64,000 bases of DNA from Perna viridis (taxonomy: Eukaryota). The position numbers were made by a program, and so were the translations under genes. The stretch lies in contig CM074513.1 in the NCBI GenBank assembly GCA_037379345.1, positions 20,770,001-20,834,000 on the forward strand, written 5' to 3'. This document shows, piece after piece, positions 23,821-38,746 of this stretch; positions within the stretch are counted from its first letter, which is position 1, and every line of letters begins with the position of its first letter. Below the pieces are notes generated by a model that worked only from the letters and a program-made list of their open reading frames with translations, ran no database searches and had not been told where the DNA came from.

Positions 23821-26104
23821 TATCCTCAGCTGATCAGGTCCAAGTATAAGAGGTTTAGTCCAACAGCATGTAAACAAGGAATTATAAGATTTATTGTTTG
23901 GCAAGTAGACAAATTAATTCCAACATGACAATAAGACCTTCAGTTTTACTTATGTCTACCTGAACAGCATGTGAGAGGTCGTTAAAGAGGGTATCTAGGG
24001 GGGATTATATTCAGGAAATATAACTGAGATATGAAGGGAATTTTGGAATCAGAGTGAGAACAACAACGATGTTATGACTGCAAATTACTAGATCAGGCCT
24101 TCTAGATATTTATGCTGCTTACTCCCTGCATAGTAGTTTGACATCTAATGAAAAAAAAGAAAAGGCTAAGTGGTAGTTTATGTATATAAAAACAGAAGGT
24201 CTTTTATAAACTTGACTGATACATTTTTCTTTTATTCTCAAATTTAGTCATTTAACATCAAATTATGGTACTAAACTACTATGAAAATGTTGCCTTATTC
24301 TGTTTCATATTTTCTTTCAAAATTGTAAGGTCCACTCAACTTTTCCAAGTTTCAAATCAATGGTTTACCTTAGGGAAAACAAAGGTCCACAATAAAAGCA
24401 TTGATTTGAAGGTCCAGTATCCAGGTAAATGAAATATCAAAGGTCATAGGTCAGTAGTAGAGGGTCCTGAACCTTGTATCCCCACTGATTTGAACCCTTG
24501 TTAACTGTTGATTTTTTTTTTAATTTCACTTTGATGGATTCATTTAGTGATCCCATAAGGTTACTGTCCTGTGACTTTCTACATTTTGAAGTACATTTTA
24601 CAGTGACTTATCTCTTATATCATCCATCAAGAGTGCTTAAGTCTCATCTGTTTACCAAAGGGTTAAGTAGATCCATGAGTCAATAGGGACCACCCGTCTA
24701 ATACTAGGTTAGTGTATAAATAACTTTATGGGAACTACTCATGATGTAACAGTTCTAGATTTATTTATAACTTAATGGCATATGACGACACATAAATGGT
24801 CATATTTAGTTGGGTTTTTATTATGATAGTCGATATAGAAAGTTGGCATTGGTCTGATTTGTTCTGAATCACTTATTGAATGAGGTGATCTTGTACATAA
24901 AATGTTGACGAAAAAATAAAAATAAGTTATACATGCAGATATTATGTGAACTGAGAACAGTTAATTGAGAAGTAAATTAAACCATAGGTGTTCTTTTAAT
25001 CACACGCCTTTTGTACTATCTCAGATTACACATAGGATAAAAATGTGTACTGGTGTACATATACTTATATATGATATCAAAGGAACTAGTATCAAGTATC
25101 AGTGAATTTATCTTTAATTTCCTGATGACACTGTATTTATGACTTCTCACACCTAGCACTACATATACTTCCTATTTTTAATCCTGATTGATTTATTGAA
25201 TTGGACAATTAAAGGTCAATATTGAATATGAAAATAGAATTTGATTCATATGTTGGTAATTTTGTTTTTATTATATTATCGTAATCATTTAAAGCCATGT
25301 AAATAGGTCTATTCTGTGAGTCATCTGTTTTACTTGAAGTAGGTGTCTAGGGAAATTGGTCCAGGATAATTTTGTCCAAGTGTGTTACCTGAGTTCTGTA
25401 ATTGAGGTGTTTATGTTGTTATCCTTCTGTGGTAGTTATATTGTATGTTTCTTGTCAGCTTTAATTATGGCTGTAAAATGGTTGCTTTTGTCTTTTATGT
25501 ATTAGTTATTCACAGATGTAAAACAGTAGCTCAACATTGATGCTTTAAGCTGTCATTACACTCACAGATACAGAGTTTAGTAAACGTCCCAGGATAGGTA
25601 TAGTTTTCTCAGTCTCCATTGACTTTGAAAAAAAATGGAAAAATGTAAAAGTTCTTTTCCTGTAATTGACAGCAGCATCAAAGGACTGAACAGGAAAGTT
25701 CAGAGGAAGTGCAGTTTCAATAGTTAATTTTGATTAAGTTGAATTTTCCTTTCAAAGCAAATAATAAGTTTTTAATTAAAGAATGTTTAGTGTGTTACAA
25801 AATTATTTTAATGAGGCACTTTGTTGTTTTTCAGTGGTTGTTTTTGAGGTAGGTTTTTCTTTGTTTATTGTTTTTATACACTATTTTCTTATTTTAGATC
25901 ATTGTTTTGGTCCTTCTTTTAAGAAATACTTCAAGTTATCATGGCTGTATACAGAAGTTGTGACAGTGTTGGTTTTGTGGTAATTGAATGGTTTTCTTAC
26001 ATTAAGAATAATGTCTGTATTTACCAGTAGGTGACTGTTGGCCATACCTGTACTGGCATTTTGGATAACCTTTAGGTTTAGTAGATAGAACTAAAAAATG
26101 AAAA

Positions 26105-26375
26105 CTATATTTAACAAAGGAGTGGAGGTACTGCTGTTTTACACTTGTCCGTATGTCCAACTGTAACAGTTTTTTCCATCATCAAGTACTCAACACAGCT
26201 ACTTAAAACACATTCTTCCTGCAGATGTTCCTTATGGTGGGATCCATTTTCCGAAAAAAATGGCAAACAACATCCTGTTTACTAAGGACTTTTTTTTTAT
26301 ATTCCCTATATTGTGATTGAAAGCCAGGGCATCACTAGTGAGCCATCACTCACAGGTGGCTCACAGATCTCTTGT
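26105..26375 (+). mobile_element. DINE-1/Helentron-like non-autonomous relic (similar pieces at about 13215-13475, 43580-43930, 55030-55275)
   Basis: 5' ..cacttgtccgtatgtcc and 3' gggcatc..gtgagc..ctcacag..tcttgt structure; family recalled from memory, not searched. Confidence 0.4.
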
Positions 26376-28004
26376 CCCACTTATTATTGATGTCTTTAAA
26401 AAATGCCATACAATGTTTTGAAAAAAAAAAGTTCTTGTATAACCAATGCTTCTAAACTTTAAGATCATAGGTGAACAACAATTTCTTCATTGTCAGTACC
26501 AAAGATTTCGTTCAGAGAGGAAAAAGGGGGAATATTTAAATACTGGTTACCTCTAGCTATAGAATGTTATGTTCTTTGCAGTATTGTATGTAGTTAAATA
26601 AGTGCTAGGCTTCGTTGACTTCAGGCTCTTCTGTTTGTCCTTTGTTACCTTCACCTTTTAATGTAACTGTTGTATAAAGAAGCTGCATACCTTTACCAGT
26701 AAATACCAATATACAGCATGGTTATATGAAAGTCGTTGCACAGGAGGGTGCCACAGTTGCAAATATATCCTTGCGATTGATCTCGTGTAATATTTGTTAA
26801 GATTTTTTATTTTGTTATGTTCATGAATCTACTAAATAAGTAACAAGATATGCCCCAATTCAAAATTTTCTGCCACCAGACGTATTTCAATATTTTAAGT
26901 TTATGTGCAGCTTAAGAAGTATTATACCGGTAGCAAAAGAGAAAGTACTATTTTAATCCCATATAAATTGTGTTGAGATTTGCACTGTTTGAGAAATTTA
27001 TGTCTTGTGTGTAATGGGGGTGGGGTGAATGCACATTTATGACTAAAGCTGTTTATAATATCAGAAATAGTATACATTATTGTTTACATTTCTATTTGCA
27101 AGAGAAATCTTATTTTCATTGTAAGAATTATCTTCTAAGGCAAACAAAGGAATATTTTATATACATCTGAACAAGCTTTATATTATCTGGAACATTTTAT
27201 CTGTTTAAAATTTGACTCTTCACATTCAGGTTAAGGTCAGTTTACGTCTTACAAGTGAGAAATCCATCAGTTTGAAAAATGTACAACTCATCAGGAACAT
27301 GAGCGTTAATTCATACTCCATTCTTTAATTTTTGGGATATATACAATGGTAAAAAATTCACTCATGGATAAAATGGGTACATTTGAAGGTAATTATTAGT
27401 ATTTAATTATTCATAAGCCGTGTATTCGGCTAATTTTGCTGATAAGGGATCTGTAATTGATCAAGACCTGTGGGAAACTTTAATTTTATTACTATAGTCA
27501 GTTTGATTATCTGTATTTCTTTGTTAGTGCTTATATGTAGTGCTGTTGTGATTCATTAATGGAATCTACAGACCTTAACATATTGCTTGTATTTTGAAAT
27601 TTAGAGGATCAAAAATTCAAATGTGTTTTGGCTGTCCTATTGATTGAAAGGTTTTATGTTGTCAAAATCAATATCATGTGGTTGTAGGTCTAAAATAGAA
27701 GTTTCAACAGCTGCTTTGGAATCATAGAGTCCGTTAGGGTATATACTGAATGCTTTCATTAAGTTTTAATGGTGATTTTGAATGCCTAGACATAATTAAA
27801 CCATATTAGTTCATGAATTTAAGTACTAACCAACAGTACTGTTTATTTCCTGGTTAGAAGTGATTTGTGAAGTACATTCCTTCATTGATAGAAGATAATG
27901 CTTTCTATTTTTCCTCATACTTAATTTTCTATGGAATACACACCCATTGTCCTTTCCAAGTTTGCTGTATCAAATATTTTGACTGTACAATCATTATCAT
28001 ATTA

Positions 28005-28209
28005 TACAGTAAGACCTTGCTAAAACAAACCCTCAATGATCCAGATACAGCAAGACCTTGCTAAAACAAACCCTCAATGATCCAGATACAGTAAACCCTC
28101 GCTAAAACAAACCCTCAGTGATCCAGATACAGTAAAACCTTGCTAAGACAAACCCTCAATGATCCAGATACAGTAAGACCTTGCTAAAACAAACCCTCAA
28201 TGATCCAGA
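28005..28209. repeat. Minisatellite, 41 bp x5
   Basis: tacagtaagaccttgctaaaacaaaccctcaatgatccaga. Confidence 0.95.
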
Positions 28210-29589
28210 CAACTGTCTTAACTAATCATGGTTATTTTGTATGACTAGGGTAGTTTCATGGATTTACAACCTCATGGACCTCATATTTACTCACTCCTTT
28301 CTAAACTGAAAACAAACTATCTAAAAAAAAGTCTAAACTTATCAAAAATTTTATTTGCTTCCACTCTTTATGGTCAGCTATATCCCATTCCTGCACCCTT
28401 ATATAGCATTCTATAGATTTCACATTTCTCTACCTCAGTACATAGTTCCTTTTCTATTCAAAGCTTTGCCAACACTTATTGTTCTGCGTGCCTCTGCAAT
28501 ACCACAAGCAGATTCCTCCTGCATAGGACTGCCCCCTCTCCCACCATATTTGGGAAAATTAGTACTCAATGAACATTCCTTATATTCACAGTATAAAGAA
28601 AATCATTGGTGTGTGCCCCCTCTTAGGCCAGGCAATGCCACCACTTATCAGAATTCCAGGCTCAGGCATTGAATACCTGCTATTAATATAACTGTTAACC
28701 TAAAGTCCTCATATGCAGTCTCAATCTTCACTAAACTTCCATTGTTCTCAATGGCTTTACTGAGTGTCAAAACTTACTTTTGAAGTCTATGAGTACAAAT
28801 ACCCTCTAATCCACTACCTTGCATTTTAATCTGTCTCTCAACCTTCTCTCTGAAATGTTTACCTACTCAGATATACCTAATGACTTAAACAGAAAGGCAT
28901 GTCAGGTCATCAAAAGTTCAAAATTATGTATTGTCTTAAAGATGAACATGGTTTAGTGAAATGGCATGCTGTTAAATAAATTTATATGGCCTTAGCTTTG
29001 AAAGTTTGTGGTAGTGTACAAAGGGTTTAGGATTGAGCTTACCACATTATAGTGAATGTTGGCTTACTGACTGTTTCAGGTGGTGTTTGTGATACAAACA
29101 AGTTTTTGTATTGTGAATGCTTTTTAATTTCGGGTATCTCAATTTTTGTGTGCAATGCTAAGTTTGAGGTAAAAAGAGGGCAATTTCCATACCTAATGTA
29201 CCTAATCCCTGTACTGATTACATGGATCTGTCAATTTTGTTGTTACAAAAATATTTTATATTCACTTTCAAGTAAAATTCAGCTTCTTTTAATGTTTCTA
29301 GGCAGGCTATTTCCCTTGCTAATCTTAGTTGTGTAATGATCTAATAGTTCCTTTCCATAGATCAGTTGGCATTTTGATGAAATTCATTTCATGGTTTCTT
29401 TTAAGGACTTACACAATGTATTTCATAACCAAATTTATTAATAAATATTTGATATTTAGACATAAATTTGATATAATGCTCCCTTTGTCAGTTGCTTATT
29501 AAAACCCTATTGTGTGTTGTTAGGCACAAGAAAATCATTTAATCCCTAATTAATGTTCCACCCTCAAGAATTTATCTTTACCAATAAAC

Positions 29590-29775
29590 AAGTAACAGAG
29601 GGGGTTAAAGCTACAAGCTATGCTTGTTTAGAAAAAAGTTAAAACTTATAAAACTTTCTGAATAGACATTAAAGGATAAATATTAACGAAGAAACAAGGG
29701 GGTAAAGGCTATAAACTCAGCATGTTTAGAAAAAGTTAAATAGATAACATTTTCTAAACATCCATTTAAGGGGTG
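29590..29775. repeat. Diverged ~100-bp tandem duplication
   Basis: ggggg(t)taaag(g)cta..tgtttagaaaaagttaaa occurs twice. Confidence 0.7.
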
Positions 29776-30550
29776 ATGAATGCGGTGGCTTTTCAATTTG
29801 TTGCTTTTATCTCCGTTTATTTTCAATGATAAGACATCATTGCATTGTTGAAACTACCAAAATAGTTGGAGACTAAATACTGTACAAACATTGATCTTAC
29901 ACGTTCCCTTTTTGTTTGATAACAAATGGAATACCTCGACATCTCATTTGATGTTGTAGTTATACATATGTCAATGGAATTTGGTTATATACACCATATA
30001 GACAGCTTTAGGCAAAGTTTGTTTCCACCTATAAATTTAATAGTCTGTTCATTTAACATTTTATGGGTAATAGTGATTTGAGAAGTTGTTTTAAACTTAG
30101 TTATATTACTTACTTCCCCCAAATGAAACTCATCACCAGAACAAAACAGGGTCAGTAGTGTTATTTTGTGGTTTGATGTTCTTAAAATAAGCATGTTATG
30201 ACTGTTAAACAGGGCTTTGACTTTTTTAAAGGGCTTTTAACTTGTTTAAGAAAAAAAAGTTTTCCATTCCAGCTACAACATAATACAGGGACTTACATTT
30301 TAGAAGTACTAAGTGTCTGTTGCTTCCCATCTCTGCAGTATTTAAAAATCAGCTATTATTATTCAAAGGCATTTATGCCCTTTTCACTATCAAAAACTGG
30401 ACCACACACAAGTGTCAAGATTAACTTTTTGTGGCCAGTAGCCACCTCGGCTACTAAACTGTAAAATCGATTATCCCAGAAAAAAAGTTGGTAGCCAAGA
30501 CTTTTTTGGACAAAATTTTGGTATGTAAAAATTCTTGTTTGAGGGTTTGT

Positions 30551-30677
30551 TCTTGATGTTGCATGAGTGTCTTCAACAATGATTGATTGATTGATTGTTG
30601 GGGTTTTGCTGCTCGGACGTTAAACCCCAACAATCAATCAATCAATCATTATTGAAGACTTTCATGCAACATCAAGA
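30551..30677. repeat. Long inverted repeat: 56-bp arms with 3 mismatches and a 15-nt loop, containing a retroposon tail
   Basis: 30551-30606 is the reverse complement of 30622-30677. Confidence 0.92.
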
Positions 30678-33600
30678 TGCAGAACAGGAATGAAAGCCCT
30701 GTTCCTTGATAATTTAAATTTTTTTCACTGTATTGTGTGATTTGTTGTCACACACACATTCACTCATTCACTCCATAGCCTCCCTATTTATATGCATCAT
30801 GGAAAACCCTAAAATATGCAGTTAAAGTTAAAATTGTACTTTGGATAATTAATTAAAATTATACAACCAATTCATATAATTTCAAAACTTGAATACATGA
30901 AACAGTAGACTTTGAAAATTCTAGAGATTAATTTTGTTTAGATTCTGGACTAATTAATCTCGAGAATATTCAGTCTTACAAAAACAGAATCCTCCTCTAA
31001 ATCACTATCACATTCTGACACATTTTTGAAAAATATTGGATGCGGAAACTAATAAGCAATTGTAAATAAGAAACCAACATCGGTTATGAACGATTTCCGC
31101 ATTATTAGAACTGGTTACTGATAAAATTTAACTAGGGACACTACATTTCTGATCAAATGGTAACCAGTTAAAACTCCGACAGCAATTTTTGTTTACAATA
31201 TTTTTTTTGCACACAGGGGACACAGAACACTGTTTTTTCCTTCCCTGTAGCTGGAATAGTGCTATGGTTTTCTATTAAAGCCTAGAATCTGATGCCAATT
31301 ACCATTTTCCTAAGCTGGTTTAATTACCAGCATCAGAATTTTAAGCTTTAGCCCATTTGTGCACACTGAGCATAACTCCTTTAAAAAAATTTCAAAACCC
31401 GTTTCAGAAGCAAATCAATAAACGACTTTCTGCTATTTGCTTCTAAACTTTTTGTATTCATTATTAACAAGCAATCAATAACCTATACAATTGTTCCTAT
31501 GGCAACATTTGGTTATATAATACCATAATTTTCTTTCATGTAGAATTCAGTTTAAATCCAGACTATGTGTGAAATGAGATAAACATAATATTACTAGCAT
31601 TGCTTCAAAGTTGTATGGAGTAGTGGTAGTTTTAAATTTGAGACAGAAAATATCATGGTGAGCCTGATAGGGCAAGTTGAGATGTACAAAACTGATATCA
31701 TTCTGTTCATAAATGATGCCAAAATCAATACATTATCATTGGAGATTGCTTATATTTCTTTAGAAACATGGTAGTGGCCTGAGATAACTGCCTCTCTGTG
31801 ATATTGCCTGACTCCACCTCAAAACTGACATTATTCTGTTTTTCAGCAACATCACATTCGATTTGTCATAACATTTTCGTTGGATATTGCCAGTATTTTT
31901 CAATATCACAGCAGTAGCTTGAGATAGAAATTATCAGGCAGTTAGAACAGTGAAAAAACAATAAAATTGACAATAAAAAAATATCAGGCAAAAAGGAACA
32001 AGAGAAAGATGATTAAGTTGCTGAGAAACTGTATTAAAGTTATAATGTCATTCTTGTTTATTTGCTAGCTATTTTTTTTTGTTTTTGTCTTTTGAATTTG
32101 GTTGTTTTTGTAAAATTTTTAGACCTTGGAAAGGATGTCTGCCTTGTTCATTGTACAAGGAGTGTTGATAAAAAAAACTGAATCATTCTTGACTTTAGAG
32201 ATGGCTCTATGAAGTGTAGATAATGCTTCAATTGCTACTTTAAAGTGTTGATTTTATCACATCTATCCAGCTCTAAAGGCTACAATTAAAACTCCAGTTC
32301 TCATCAATATACCCACCCTCCCATGAAGTATGTAATTATTGTGCAGTCTGTAATTAAATTTGTGCAAGATGTAACTAGATATTTAAATCAATCACTAAAA
32401 ATTAGCAGGTGCCCTGTGTATTAGTAGTTGTTTCTGTATGGCTTGGTTATTTTGCAGACTTTAAACATTGTAGGGTCACTGGTTAAGTCAGGGTCTACCT
32501 GTTTCATGGTGGAACCTGTGCCAGAGAATACATGTTACAATATGCATCATTAGTTAACATTATTGTACTTGATTACAGCACTTACTGCCCTGAACTTGGA
32601 CATTATTGTTGAAACAAAGCTCATTTACCATTCAAGATGTTGATTCATACTATTCTAACATGCCAATTTATGCTTTCCGGCAAAAACATTCATCTATGGG
32701 ACCATTGACCAAATTCATAAGATAAAGTCCTTCCTCTACTCAAATTTCAAGTGCGGTAATCAAATTGCTTGAAATTAAAGATTTCAAAAAAAAATTCCAG
32801 GATTCTGGGAAAACCACAATTTAGGCTACTACGAATCTTTTTCATGTTGAAATTATATTTTTTTGGGGGAGTTAATTTTTATGGATTTTCTTTTCAACAA
32901 AAAGAGTTTGATCTGACAGCTCTTTGTACCATAGACGAGCTCCAATAAATCAGCCACCCAAACAAGATTAGGGACTTACTGTCTGTTGACTATTTTGATA
33001 TATTTCATGTAGTGTGCAGATGTTTTCTCAGAATTTATGATTGAGTCAGTTCTCTTCTGATGTTCAAATGACCTAAAAAAAAATGGTGAAAATATTGTTT
33101 TTTCTTCTAAATGTTTATTGTTTTGTTGGAGACATTTATAGTGAGATCGTGTAAGTCAGAATGCTGCATCTGCCCTTGAATTTTTGAACTTCTTTGCTTT
33201 TAAATGTTCCCCAAACAACAACAAAGAGGAAAAAACTAAAGATTACAACCCATCTCATGTGACACACATAACATGATAGATGTGTATTGCTATGTTTTAC
33301 ATCAAATTTATCATATGTTACATGATTTTAAGTGTTGCAACAGTTACTTAAGGAGGTATAATGTTAATGTTTAAGTGGTGAATTTAATTTTAAGGGTCAC
33401 GAGGGCATTTGAAATGTCATGTTTTTGTTGTAAGTGTAAAATGCTTGTTTTTGTAGGAAATGACAGTTTTTCATGTTGATTTTTTTCTTTTTGCACTTTA
33501 TGTCTTAGAATGAAAGTAGACTTCAACTTCCAGCAAGTCACTCAGTAAAACATATTTTCATTAAATTTTTGTGTCATCAATATCCAATATTTATTTGTAC

Positions 33601-36600
33601 AGATGTAAAATTAACAGTTGAGCTGCACAGGCCTTGGTTTGATAAAAAAAAATCTCAATTTGAGATTCTTTACGACACCAGACCAATATTTATACCATAG
33701 GCGGATCCAAAGAGGGGTCCTCCCTTATGTTTGAAAGTTAGGTTGAGCATATATGGAGAAAAAAAATTGAAATCTCCCCCTTGCTCCATTTTTCAGAATT
33801 TCTGCTACATTTGCTGATTAAATATTAATATAGAGAATGACTTATAGCAAGTGTAGAAAGTAACTGTTGGTAATCATTTGTGTGTTTGTTTTGACAGATA
33901 TCTGTCTTTCTTGGCTGTTTAGTTCTTATGACTGGTAGTTTTCTTTAGCAAATATTATAGATGAATTGTATACCTATTTCCTACATTATCTGGCTCTCCT
34001 CTGGTATGAATTACAATCATTTCAGCTCTTATTATAAAGGAAACTAATATAATCAGTTCCTACTACTCTTCTGTTCAGCATATCATTTGGTTATAGGTCT
34101 TGTGTGTTTTAATTTCAATTTATGTCATACTAGTACAATGTATTTTGATGTATGATACCCATTGGCCATAAGTCTTAGGGTTTTCTATTGAACTTGGTCC
34201 ATATAAGGTACCTGCACAGAAGTTTCTGTTCCATACATAGACATTATTGGTACCTTTCTCTTTGTTTTAATTTTTTGGGTGATATCCAGATATAAAATCT
34301 CTCTTACATTGACCAAAGTATTTAAACTGTTACCCCAGACCATATGTATCTATAATGATTATAGTAATGATCAGTATACTGTTTTATGACTACTATTGAT
34401 TTCATGTTAGGTCATAAAATAGATACCTGTGGGCCTTAATGGTCTGATTGTCAGATTGTGGTCTGTATGATGTATGATCTGGGTCAGAGGTTAAAGGGTA
34501 TTTGGAGGAGGTGTGGAAGTTATTTAGAGGAACAAGAGCACTCTCAATTTGCCTCTTGCAGTTAGGTAAAAGATTGTTATTAGAGCAGTCTGGTATGTTT
34601 TTGCCTGTGGAATTGAGAGAGATGTATAAGATTCATAATTAAAGTAAATGTAACCTAGAAATGTGAAAGAAAATGAACAAAGGTAGCTGATTGTTTGATC
34701 CACAAATTAACTCACTTGTAAGTTATTACTATGATGAAAATGTATACCAAATAAATAAAGTGATGTAATGCCAGCTTTTTAAACAAAAAACTTTAACAAG
34801 AGCAATAATGCACAGACTGAGAGACTAACAATGGGTTTGGTGCTAAGCTTTGTTGTTGGGCATAAAATCTCTTACCCACTGCGTAGTACGCATTTATTTA
34901 CTGTAGACATATAATGATGTAAGAAGTCTTGATGTTTTCTCAGTATGGCTGTTAGATCTTTATTTAAGAAAAGCTGTATGTGTATTGGTAATTAACTCGG
35001 TGTCTTTTGGTTTTTCATGGCTAATTGTCTCTTATATATATACCAGTACCATTCAAAGAAAAAATTATAATCACAAATTTTCAGGTTGACATTTTGAATT
35101 ATATCAATCTCCTATCTACCCTGCAGGTTTAATTTTTTTGGATAAAATCTTGGGTAATCATTGGTATATAACCTTCACCTAATGAATGGTCAATATTTTT
35201 TTTTTGATATGATGATAGATTATTTGACGACCTACAGGTACAAGTTTCACCCATTAGCTGGCTTCCAGTTGTCATGTAGTTTCTTTTTCCATTGCCGAAA
35301 GTACAACAACCATATGATCCTCGTTCTCTGCACAGAGGTGATGTTTACAATGTGCGATGTATAGGAAATAGGATTTTTGTGACAACTTCATTGTAAACAT
35401 GGTCAATTTAACAGAATGGACAGGATTTTATCCTCGGAAATGTACATGGAAGCATTTATTAATGGGTCCTCTTTAAGTAATTTGTTGTGTACTTTGTGTA
35501 TTGGCTTTTTGTTTACATTTTTTGTCAGATTTAAGGCTGACATAACTTCTTTATAGTGGATAAAGTGTTTTATGCATTGTTTGCATTTTATGGATTGGTG
35601 AAATATTTGTGGTGTTAGTGATTGTAGACCAAGTTTACAATTTTTAATTTAAGTGATTTTTGGTGGATTAATAAGTGAATCAAGTTCTTTATCCTTTGAT
35701 ACATATCTGAGGCATTTTGGCTGGAGAACCGTCTTGTGTTTTTGATATCTACTACCAGTTTTGAAGTTACGTACAGAATATTGATGAAATTTTTTGTCAC
35801 TTTAATTTAACAATTGGATATACATGTATAAATGCTTTGAAGAAAAAAACTGCAGTGTTTACCTAATAACAAACTGGAATTTAATTAGCATATTATGCAT
35901 ACAAATGTGCTCATTCATGAAAGTTCTAATGATCACACAACATGTAGATTTAGGAGCTTTTCCATTCAGAGACAAAATTCTTACCCACTTCTGGATATTG
36001 TAAAATGTAAGTAGGTCTCCTATTTATTGCATGAGCAAATTTTCATCAAATTTCTGGATAAAATTAGTTTTAATGTGGAGAGAAATTTTTCAGATAGGGT
36101 CATGCCAATAAGTAGGGAGTTCAGTTGCAGAGAGGGTAGATTAAAATTGACATCTAACTTAGTGGTTAGTTCCCCTCAAGCAGGATGCATGCCAGGCACA
36201 CTCACCCTAAAATTGTCTTTTATTGAGTTTAGTCTACAAGTGAATACTGTATTGTCACCTCTGGTATCTTGCTGAAATCTGATTAGCTAGATAATAGTTG
36301 TAAAACATGGTAACTGCTAGGCCCTATTGTTAGTTAACAAAAAATTCCAGCCTTGTATTTTAAGTAAATTTTCCTGTTTCATGGTGTAATTCAGTACAAT
36401 GTTATGCAATTTTAACAATTTTGTACTTCATTCATTCTCAATATATTGACTGCTCTTTTGAATATATTGATTGGTAATCTTATTCTTTTACTGAATTGAA
36501 CATGAAAAGATGCTTACAGTATTCAAGCCTCAAATGATTAATGGACATTAACTAGTTATGTGTAGATAGTACACTGCATGTACACTGTAGATGTACAGTC

Positions 36601-38746
36601 ATTCAAGCTAACCCTTCCTTTTACCTTAGAATCTGAACCATATACATTTTTTGTTGTTGTTTTCAGTTTTCTATTTGTTTACTTTCCATTGTTAGGTATT
36701 AGTGTTGTTTGTTGTTGCTGTCCCATTTTTCTTGTCTTTGTCTTCACTTTTTGGTATTTGAAGACACTCCTAGCCCAAACCATAATTTTGTTAATTTCAC
36801 TATCAAGCATTTCAGTGGGCTCTCTTGTGCTCACATATTTATTGTGTTTACTGTCAGGGGCCAACTGGCATGTGATAGGCATGATAGTTATATTGCTACC
36901 AGTGTAATTAATTCCTGTTATTCACTTAGCCTATTTGTCAGAAAAAATATGCAATTAACAGAAATTATGATTTCAAGGGAAAACATTTAATATTTTCAAT
37001 GTTTAATTGGGGCATATCATGTCTAATTAGATTCCTGCCATAGCGTCTAGTCAAAAGAAAGAGAAAATATTGTTGTAAAAAAAAGGTTCTGAAAGAAAAC
37101 TCAGGTATTTCATTAACGATGTATGTATGTTTACCCATTTTTGTACATTTTTGTTTAAATTTGGAAAAAAAATAATGCAATGAAGAGAAATTTTCTTACC
37201 TTTTGGTCTTATGCTATGCAAGTAAGAAAAAATATTTAAATGGATAAGATGGGAAATGTTTTTTTCTGCAATTAACAGGTATGGGAGTAAGTGGAATCCA
37301 CTGTATGTGAGATGCTTGACGTTGTGCTTCTTATTAAGTAACCTCCTTTGGTGGCCTTTGACTTCAAACACATTAAAAAGACAATGTTACACCTTTACAA
37401 AGTCACTGGCTCCTTTAATGGTCATTTGAAAGTCTTTAGTTGCCTTAAGACCAAAGATTCGGTGGTTACCTCTATAAAGATCAGCTGATGGCCTACAAAC
37501 AAAACATTGGATGGTTTTTATACCTTTGAGGCCTTCTATAAACAGGACATGACTATGAACACAATAAATTATCACTGTTCTAATCTAAATATAAAAAAAT
37601 CATTCGGTCTGACAGATTGAGGACCCTCGGCTAATTATCAGACTGTTCATTGGACCATTTATGATCGGATGTATCATAAATAATATTACTCCTTGTACCT
37701 GGTAAGTTTCTGTATGTGAATTCTGTATAGGGATTTCCTTGTTATGGTTGTTTAATTCTGCTTTGTCACTCTGTATACAAATATTTTATGGTCAAATTAG
37801 TTTAATAAGTAATTAAACTTATGGTTCATTATGTAGTCTTACTACTATATTGGTAATTATTCGGGTGCATTAGTACAGAACAATTCATCCCTCATGGTCA
37901 AACATCTGGAGTTAGAATCCATCTATTAATTAGACTTGATTTCTCTATTGAAAGGATCATATTTTTTTGTGCAATAAGGCCAGGAGTTGTTGGCCAAGGC
38001 CTGGATCCTTGATATTCTCATAGATGTTGAAATGGATAAAACTGTATTTATAAACCAAGATCAAGTTGTTTTTTTTTTTTTTTATTTAAGAAAATGGGCA
38101 GCATCGGCATGTGTTTTTTCACCTTTGAAATACTACAAAAATAAAGAGTGTGATTAAAAATTTTTCTCCTACATATAGAATTTTAGTTTTCTTCAGGCTG
38201 ATTATTATGTTGGTCGTATATAGAAACAAAGTATGTTTTTATGAATTAGCTTTTATGAACAATTTTTGAGAGGTCATGTGGTTTATGATTTGTTTATTAT
38301 ATTGACCACAAATACAGGTGGTTATAGTATCATAGCTTAGGTCATATTGTCATCAAGTCATTTTTAGCAGACTTGGTGACTCATTTCATATTTTGTGGTA
38401 TACTGGAGACAAGATGGTGATGTTCAGATGCAGACCTGTTACGTAAACCTGTTACTTCTGCTTTAAAACAGAAGTCTGCTTTTTTCAAATCCAGATTTTA
38501 ACAACTGTGTATTTTCTTTCAATTTTGCCATTTTCCTCTTTGTTTGTTGAACTTGTTAACTTAGGTCTGATAATTTGTGAAGTACCATTGCAGTCTACCA
38601 GTTCAACTTTAGTTTTGTATCTTTTGGCCAAGTTCATCCTTCCTAGGTTTATGTCGATAGCAGAGGTGTTTACTTATACAGATTTTCTGTATTTTCTACA
38701 GATTTTGACTGCAAATTACACTCTATGGATGGTGAATATCTCCAAA

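Noticed and set aside
28005-28209. CRISPR-like repeat array
   Set aside because: Units are head-to-tail with no unique spacers; eukaryotic intron, no cas genes
34467-34565. ATG-initiated frame MMYDLGQRLKG... as a start exon
   Set aside because: The phase-compatible donor (gttagg) is weak and the stronger donor lies after a stop
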